DNA of 64,000 nt from the NCBI GenBank assembly GCA_964016885.1, contig OZ024743.1, positions 147,808,001 to 147,872,000 of the forward strand, given 5' to 3'. Position 1 is the first letter of the stretch. Every line of letters starts with the position of its first letter. The translations under genes and the position numbers were made by a program. Of this stretch, positions 56,432 to 64,000 are shown piece by piece. Origin of the DNA: Eledone cirrhosa. Its lineage: Eukaryota. Below the pieces are notes generated by a model, which made no database searches, was not told where the DNA came from, and saw only the letters and a list, made by a program, of their open reading frames with translations.

Positions 56432-58699
56432 ATATATATATATATATACATACATACATACATACATACACACACATACAGACAGACACAGACACACAGA
56501 CAAATATACACACTCACACACTCTCACACACACACGCACACACGCACACGCAAATATGTATATATATATATATAGGCGTGTCAGTGCTTGTGTGTATATA
56601 TGTAGGCATGTATGTAACTATGAATATACATATATATATATATATATTCATAGTTACATACACACAAGCACCCACACGCCTATATTTATGTGTGTGTGTC
56701 TGTGTGCGTGTGTGTATGTGTGTCTGTCTGTCTGTATGTGTGTGTATGTATATATTCTCATTAACACTGCTACTGTTGCTTTTGTTGTTCCTTATTAAGA
56801 TTTATGACGGCGATTCCTTGCAAATTCCCGTCACCTAAATACGGATTCGCATTATGGGGGACCACCAGCAAAGATGTGAAGCAAATGATTAGGGAAGTAG
56901 CGCTTTCACTGCCTTTTGAATTGCGTCGGATGTGATAGATTCTTTTACAGCAGATTATCCTGCCAATCTAATTGAAACATATGGGGATAGTTAAAGTGGA
57001 GAGTTAAGTCACAGTTCAGTGAAAACCATGATAGTGAGTAAACTAAATGGTTTCTGCAGAAGAACTGCTAAAGGTAAAGGAGAGTAGGAAACGTGGTATA
57101 CTGTTAGATGAAAGCGATAATTAACAAGTTAAGACAGATAACACAAAACTATAAATGAACAGTTTGGAGTATTTGTTCGAAAATAAATTTGTCTTTTGAC
57201 AACGTCTCCGCTGTTGTGTCAAATTATGAAAAATAACGACAGTTTTTCTAAACTGTGTTCATGAATTATTTTTCTGTCAGTGTACATGTCATGAGGGAAA
57301 CTCAGTTGTAAGTATTTTTGTGAGTTTCTAAATAAGATATTTAATTCTCGCTGTAAAGTATAAGTGTCGAACTACTCTGGTAGTTAAATACAAAAATATT
57401 TTTAAAAGAAAACTGACGCCCCATCCAGGAGGAAATGGCATTTTATCTGGTTAACAGCAGACAACTGATGCTGTTGCTTGTCCGGGGACATTCTCAAAAA
57501 ATATACCATTGATCAAAAGACATAATTAGGGTCGTATCTTTAGTTGATGTTTCACCATGGTCTTATCCGTGATAGTCAAAACAAAGTAAGGAACTATAAA
57601 ATAGACTACATTTGCTAATGCATCCTTCATTTATTTCTCATCATTATCCATTAAAATCTATCACTAATGGAGATGGTTTTATTTCATTTAGATGCTAACT
57701 CCTTCCTACATATCAGCATAGAATAACATCAACAACAACTTACACAACAATAAACATGATTAAAAAAACAAACCTCAACCTACTGTTGTTTGGAATAGAA
57801 CTAGCCGTTCACGTACTTCAAGTCTGGCATTTTGTTATTCACTTGGGCAATGCTATCATCTCTTCTAATTTACAAATTATAGAGGGAGGAGCTCTTTCTA
57901 TTGAAAAAGCGGATGATCTGAATCGAGACATAACTCTAGAGTCTATAGGGTGGGGTTAGAAAGAGACATTTTTAAGAAAGAAACATCAATGCTTCTGGTC
58001 CCAAGTGATTTTGCAGCTTTGTGTCATTTCCTTGCAATATGACCCCACAAAGTTGCACGATGCATGACTTTAATCTCTGCTGACTTGACTTGCCAACTGC
58101 CTTTCATTCATGTTATTTCTAATACTTTTTTTTTTTAATCATTTTTATCTCATTTCACATCTATTTCATGCAATGGGTGGTCGCTTTTCCTGCTTAAAAA
58201 ATAATCCTGCTTGTTTCTTCTTGTTACCATACTTCCAGAATACTAGTCAGTTCACTTTAGAAAATTACATCGTACACACACATGTGCACATAGACAGATG
58301 TACGCCCATGTATATATATATATATATATGTGTGTGTGGGGGGGGGGGTATGTCTGTGTGTCTGCGTGTCTGTGTGTATGTATATATTTATGTATACATA
58401 TAATTATATATACATACATATATTCATGCATATTACACTAAGAGGCTGTTTCGCTCCCTCTCTCTTTTTGTCTGTCTATGTCACTCTCTTTTTCTTTCTC
58501 TCTCTCTCTCTCTCTCCGTATATATATATATAATAAAAAATCAGTTACAACAGTGGCATATGTCTGCCATATTGTGACAGAATACGTCCGAGGATATTCT
58601 TGATAGTATAGGAGAGTTCTAAGGACAAGGAAACCTGCAAACACAAATTAGTTAATGAAACGAATTATGGTAAACCTAGTACATTTAAGAGTGATAAGT

Positions 58700-59020
58700 C
58701 TGACAAGAAAAGGGGGTAAATTGTGTTTTGAGAGCGGACTAGAGAAAATTCGAAAATTTTAGTCTGACCTAGACAATATATTTAGAAAGAAGTTTGATTT
58801 GTGAGGGCATCGATTGAAAATATCTAGTCGTATCTGGTCCGTAATAATCCTCCTCTCAATACTGGTGCTACCCGCTTTCTCAAGTACCGCAGTATCAGAT
58901 GTGTAAGACGATGCGTCGTATACAATGCTGAAGTCATTTTTCCAAATGCCTTCTATAGTGCCTGTAAGTTGTCCACGTTTCGCCTCTGTATAGCTGGGCT
59001 GTAAAAACACAGGCTTCATA
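58700..59020 (-). mobile_element. Decayed RTE C-terminal fragment
   Basis: 'SDTAVLEKAGSTSIERRIITDQIR' resembles xxxEVLxxAxxxSIExxIxxxQLR. Confidence 0.5.
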
Positions 59021-60277
59021 CACAGAAAGCTTTGTGTTTTTTTGTCATACCCCGATTTGACCAGAATCTATTCTCAAGCTTCATACATACATACATACAT
59101 ACAGACATATATATATATATATATGGGGGGGGGTATGGGACCGTGTGCTTATATATCATGAGCGTCCATGCATGTCTCTGTTTACATTTTTATGTGTCTA
59201 TGTTTATGTCCTATAATTTAGCGGTTCGACGAAAAAAGGAACACACTTGGAAAACTAGGTACTGAGGTTGATATGATCGATTAAATCATGCCGCTTCCCC
59301 ATATATATAAAATTAATATGGTAATCGGGATGAGATAAACATTTTTTTCTGTTCATCTGTTACTTATACAGGCATCCTAGTTTTGGGCTGGTAAGAACAG
59401 AAAATCTTCCGTTAGAATGATAGGCCCAGCACAGACCAGTTGACGAAAGGGAATTGTGAAAGGAAACGAGAAACAGAATGAAAATTGTAGTGTTTAATTA
59501 CAGAAGGACACATCAAGAACAACACGGACAGAAATGGTAATCGAAAACAAAAAGGTTTTTAAGACCTGAGGATACAGCTCAGATATTCAAACTAAACGAA
59601 AATATATACGAAGTTCGTAAATGGTGTTGTTGTCAACTAATCTATCGTTTGACGAAATACACACAGAGACGACAAATATGTGATAACACATGTATGTGTA
59701 AACTTGTCTTGTACATCGCCTTGCTTTATTTCCTTCTTCCAGTCACTTTTCTGCGCCAGTGCACTTCGCCTTTTCCTTTTCCTCTTTCAATCTTTTCTAT
59801 ATTTCATCTGCCTGTCATCGACCTTGTGGATTGTTTCTCTGTTGACCACTGGCTGCTGGTCTCTGTCCTCTAAGGCATGTTTGCCCATCGCTGTCTTTGA
59901 CAGCATTTAGCTGTTTTAACAGTTGTTCTAGCAATGAGTTTTCTCATTCTTCTATGTATTCAAATACACTCTCGCTTCGTCTCGATCAGAGATAACATTG
60001 TTTTAAATATATAGAGTTAGATAGGTAGATAGATAGTCAGATAAAGGGAGAGAATGGGTGGAGAGAGAGAAGGAGAAAGAGTGAGAGAATATGTAGTGAT
60101 TAGACCAGAGAGATCACTAAACATGGTAGCACTCAACACATGGAATGGTGTAAAGTGGGGATAAAAATATATAAAAACCCCGTGTGCGGCGCCAGTGAGT
60201 TGTCCTTTTTCACACATACACACACACATATATATATGTGTGTATGTGTGTGTGTGTGTGTTTGTGTGTGTGTGTGA

Positions 60278-60325
<48 letters not shown>

Positions 60326-61252
60326 AAGAATTTGTGATACTGATTTTTTTCTAATGAGAATAAACAATATAAAATAAAAATACCTACAACAAATTAATAC
60401 AATTTGCCCAATAGTTTTATATTGTTACTGCAGCGATTTGACATTGTTGTAATATCCTCGTTGAACCGGGCGATTTTTGACCCGGCTCAGTGCACTTTGT
60501 GTCCAAATGTTACTGAGTCTAACATAGATAATCCATGTATTTATCCAATAAGTACTAGTCAATACTTCAGATGATTTCACCTCTCTCTCTTTCTCTCTCA
60601 GAATCAGCTACGTGTTGGGTTCAAGAAAGGATCTTAATGTGGAACCTCCGATTCTTTAAGCACTACTATGTTAACAGAAAAAGAGAAAACAGAAGAAAAA
60701 GGAAGAAAAATACTTTAATCACTACACTCCATGAAGTTGACACGAAGATTACTTATGAAACAATCGTCAAATTTATAAAGCAAGGAACAGTATTTTATTA
60801 CCTTTATAATTTATTCCATCTCCACAATTTAACCATTTGGTGTAAAATATCAATTGTTCTATAATAGAAATCAGATCACATTAAATCAGTCTGGACTGTT
60901 TTAAAACGAGAGAGCATAGTGGATAAAAGGATGGGATGGTTCCAGTTGAATCAAGTCAATTCTAACTAAAAGAAAGAAACTAAAAGGCCAAAAGAAATGA
61001 AACAAATATGATTCAAACAAATGTCTTAATTATGTGACACCGACCTTCATGGGAAGAATATAAAAATGATTACAAAATTATATTAACTTAGAAAAGATAT
61101 TAAACAAGTGATTCTAAATGTATATAGAGGTGAAATGAATAGTATACTTCATATAATCTAATTATAAAGGACAGTTGATTTGAAATTAAATCTAATAAAC
61201 AGCAGGTCATTTTAGTGCTTAGAAGAATGGTAAGGATTTAGAAAGTCATTCA

Positions 61253-61283
<31 letters not shown>

Positions 61284-61372
61284 GGGGGGGGGGGCGTATG
61301 TGTCTGTGCGTGTGTATGTTGTGCGTGTGTATGTATACACGTGGACACGCATTCATACACATAAATAAGCAT

Positions 61373-61890
61373 ACATGATGGTTGCAACTCGATTTCTAGT
61401 AATGCCAACGCTTGATACTTAAGCATGAGCATAACAGATGTGGTTTTTTTAGTCCAGCTAGGGACTTGCCTATGACCAGCAATACCATACATCGCAAAAA
61501 ATGGCACATATCAAGCGATACATGTGCTTGCAGCTTTTTTTAAGGGAAGAAAGGCTTTGCACGGGGCCAATCCCATTCTCTGAACATTGAATGCATTTAC
61601 CCCGCCAAATAAGAACGGATCTACACAATTGGATGCAAGTGAATTTGCAGGTTTTATATAAGAATGACCGTCTCCTAGACAGATGTCTTAATGAAGACTA
61701 GGAGTCTCTCGCTCCACTAAAAAAAAATGTTTAATAGATGGCCGTTGACTCTCCTGAGTTCTTCCGTCCTTGAACGTTTTTTTTTCATACCGCAAGGTAC
61801 CCAAATTCACCATCCTCACCAAGCAAGCTTGGTAGCGTTGTCGACGACCCGGCCATGTACATGTTACCAGTAGCGCTGATATGCGACTTC
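61373..61890 (-). mobile_element. Old copy of the bipartite RTE derivative
   Basis: ttttagtccagc, gatggccgttgactc and acatgttaccagtagc blocks match the family. Confidence 0.6.
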
Positions 61891-62629
61891 ACATATATAT
61901 ATATAAATATACATTTATACACGCACAAACACTCACACAGATACATATATTTATGCATACATACATATACATATATATTCGACGCGGCATGCCTAGCAAG
62001 ATGGCGATGGATAATATACTTGCTTGCAAAACAAACAGAAAACTTTGTTTTGAAGGAAGCTCTGGACTGCCGGGCAATGGACCTACTTGGTGTTGGAAGG
62101 AGATGAAGTGGAAGACATTCATATACATACACACATGCATACATATCTTATGTATGTCTTATTTACCTTATTTTTTCGTAGATTGAAAAGGATGAACAAC
62201 TTATTATTTGAGAGACCTTCAGCAGACGCTATCTATATCTTTAGCAATCCACGGAGACATTTATAAGGAAAGACTTTGTACACAAATCGAATGTGTTAGT
62301 ATTTGCAAACTGAATCAACTAATCGTCACAATGTTATTGTTTAGAGTGCTAACTAAATCAGTTATATATTATATGTATGAAACAGACATACACATTCACA
62401 TGCATCGTATCTTCGGTTAATTCACTGGTCTATGTCCCATTTCATACCTCTAAGACCTCAAAAACTCATGTTATTCTCCAGACTCGGTACTTTGTTGTTA
62501 AAACGTCTGGACATACGTCTGTGATGTTTGTAATCTGATTAAATTTACAATTTATGATGTATATGTTTGGGTAGGGTATTTAGTCATGTTTATTGGTGGT
62601 TTACGATAGGCACATGTTACTCGATTCCA

Positions 62630-63590
62630 AGCGGATGTGTGCGGCTTTTCAGCAGCAGAATGTTTAACTGTTCGGCAGCGGTGGTGGACCGAATCGCGAG
62701 ATTGTCTTTTGTGTCTACTTTGACAAACTGCTGCAGATCTCGACTACGGAGGCGGGTCATTGAAAGAGGCCGATAAAAGCTGCTTAGATAGGGAAAGCGA
62801 TGAATGGATGCACGACAGCGAAATCGCCTGGAAACAGAACCGAAGAATTCTCAGTTCTGCGAGTCATGCAGCGGTAGTGTTTGTCGTCGGTTGTCTGGTG
62901 GGTGAGGCTCAAACATGCGCCATCTCAAACGGATCCATCCATGACAAAATCCACATCACCCGATACATGAGAGAGGCTAATGAACCTGGCGCGCGTGGGA
63001 CTCTGATCACCTTAGGCAATCGGCTTCGTCTTGTCTTCAGAGCCCGAGACGCTACAATGCACAGCTTCATTCTGTACGCATTGACTCTTAATACTTATAG
63101 GTGTCGAAGTTGGAGCTGTTGTAGGACATCCCGTTTGAATCGGGACGGGAAAGGGCTGCATCCGGACATGCGAGCGGCGTGATTGTGATAGTATCATACA
63201 CATCGGAAATCTAGGCAGTTGGCAAATTCTTAGAGGAATAGGAAATGTTGACGGGAACAAAGACCAAACCGGAAAATTCAGTCGGTTTGCACCGTACTAA
63301 TATATGCTGCTCAACAGCGTCGTCGGTTTGGGCCAGATCTCCAAGTGGATAAGAATTGGGACGAGGTAACGAGCAGGGTGGCCACTCTCACCCAGAAAGA
63401 GGCTGGGATGCTGCGTTTCTCGAACGTTCGGGTGGTGGAAGCGAACGCCTACTTCACGTCCATCATTTATTAACCTCAGACCATCGTTCCTTGTTTCCGT
63501 TTGGGCCCCATCAAATTGGAGCGTCTGCTCTTCAACTTCTTGTAGAAGGGACACTTTCCATTTGTACGGGAGTCCATCTACTGCCGGCAG
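62630..63590 (+). mobile_element. Tx1 ORF2 (RT) internal fragment
   Basis: 'MCAAFQQ' and 'LVGEAQTCAISNGSIHDKIHITRY' match 20243-20100 of the first Tx1. Confidence 0.8.
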
Positions 63591-63592
63591 TG

Positions 63593-63593
63593 T

Positions 63594-63646
<53 letters not shown>

Positions 63647-63647
63647 T

Positions 63648-63740
<93 letters not shown>
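63593..63740. repeat. (TAG)n(CAT)n(CAG)n(TAG)n compound microsatellite
   Basis: Direct reading. Confidence 0.95.
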
Positions 63741-64000
63741 GAGCAGTAGTAGAAGTAGTTCCATAAATTCTCATTTATAAATAATCATTTTAAAATCGTG
63801 TCTCCTACAGTTAATATATGATACTAAAACCAGAAATCAATTTCTGTTTCAATCGTAATATTTCAACAGCTGTAATAATTATAACCATCTTGCAAATTAA
63901 ATTTAGAAACATTCGTATGTTGTTAATTGAGAATGTGAAATGTAAAGAGCTTATATTGGTATTTTTATTAGTAGAGATTGGTTAATTTTGAACATCTATT

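Noticed and set aside
56799-56838. CUB-like peptide IYDGDS as an exon
   Set aside because: In-frame stop after 12 codons and a weak acceptor.

Overview
AT-rich, microsatellite-dense eukaryotic (animal) DNA. The SINE and LINE repertoire suggests an octopus/cephalopod genome, which is an inference. No intact long protein-coding gene is present, and almost all listed ORFs are microsatellite artefacts. Recognisable content includes an internally deleted Helitron (1201-3821), two near-full-length decayed Tx1/L1-clade LINEs plus two fragments, several RTE 3' ends, a bipartite RTE derivative, tRNA-derived Meta-type SINEs, a hAT MITE, a Penelope GIY-YIG remnant and three possible host micro-exons. 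The main observation concerns short non-coding islands between (TA)n arrays. They belong to at least seven unrelated families, six carrying a hand-foldable type-I hammerhead ribozyme motif and one only the 3' half. They occur as inverted or partial-tandem copies (unit lengths 522 and 484 nt where measurable) and twice sit at the centre of fold-back duplications that include flanking DNA. This looks like a community of (TA)n-targeting, non-autonomous Penelope-dependent (retrozyme-like) elements. All folds were made by eye and no database searches were run.
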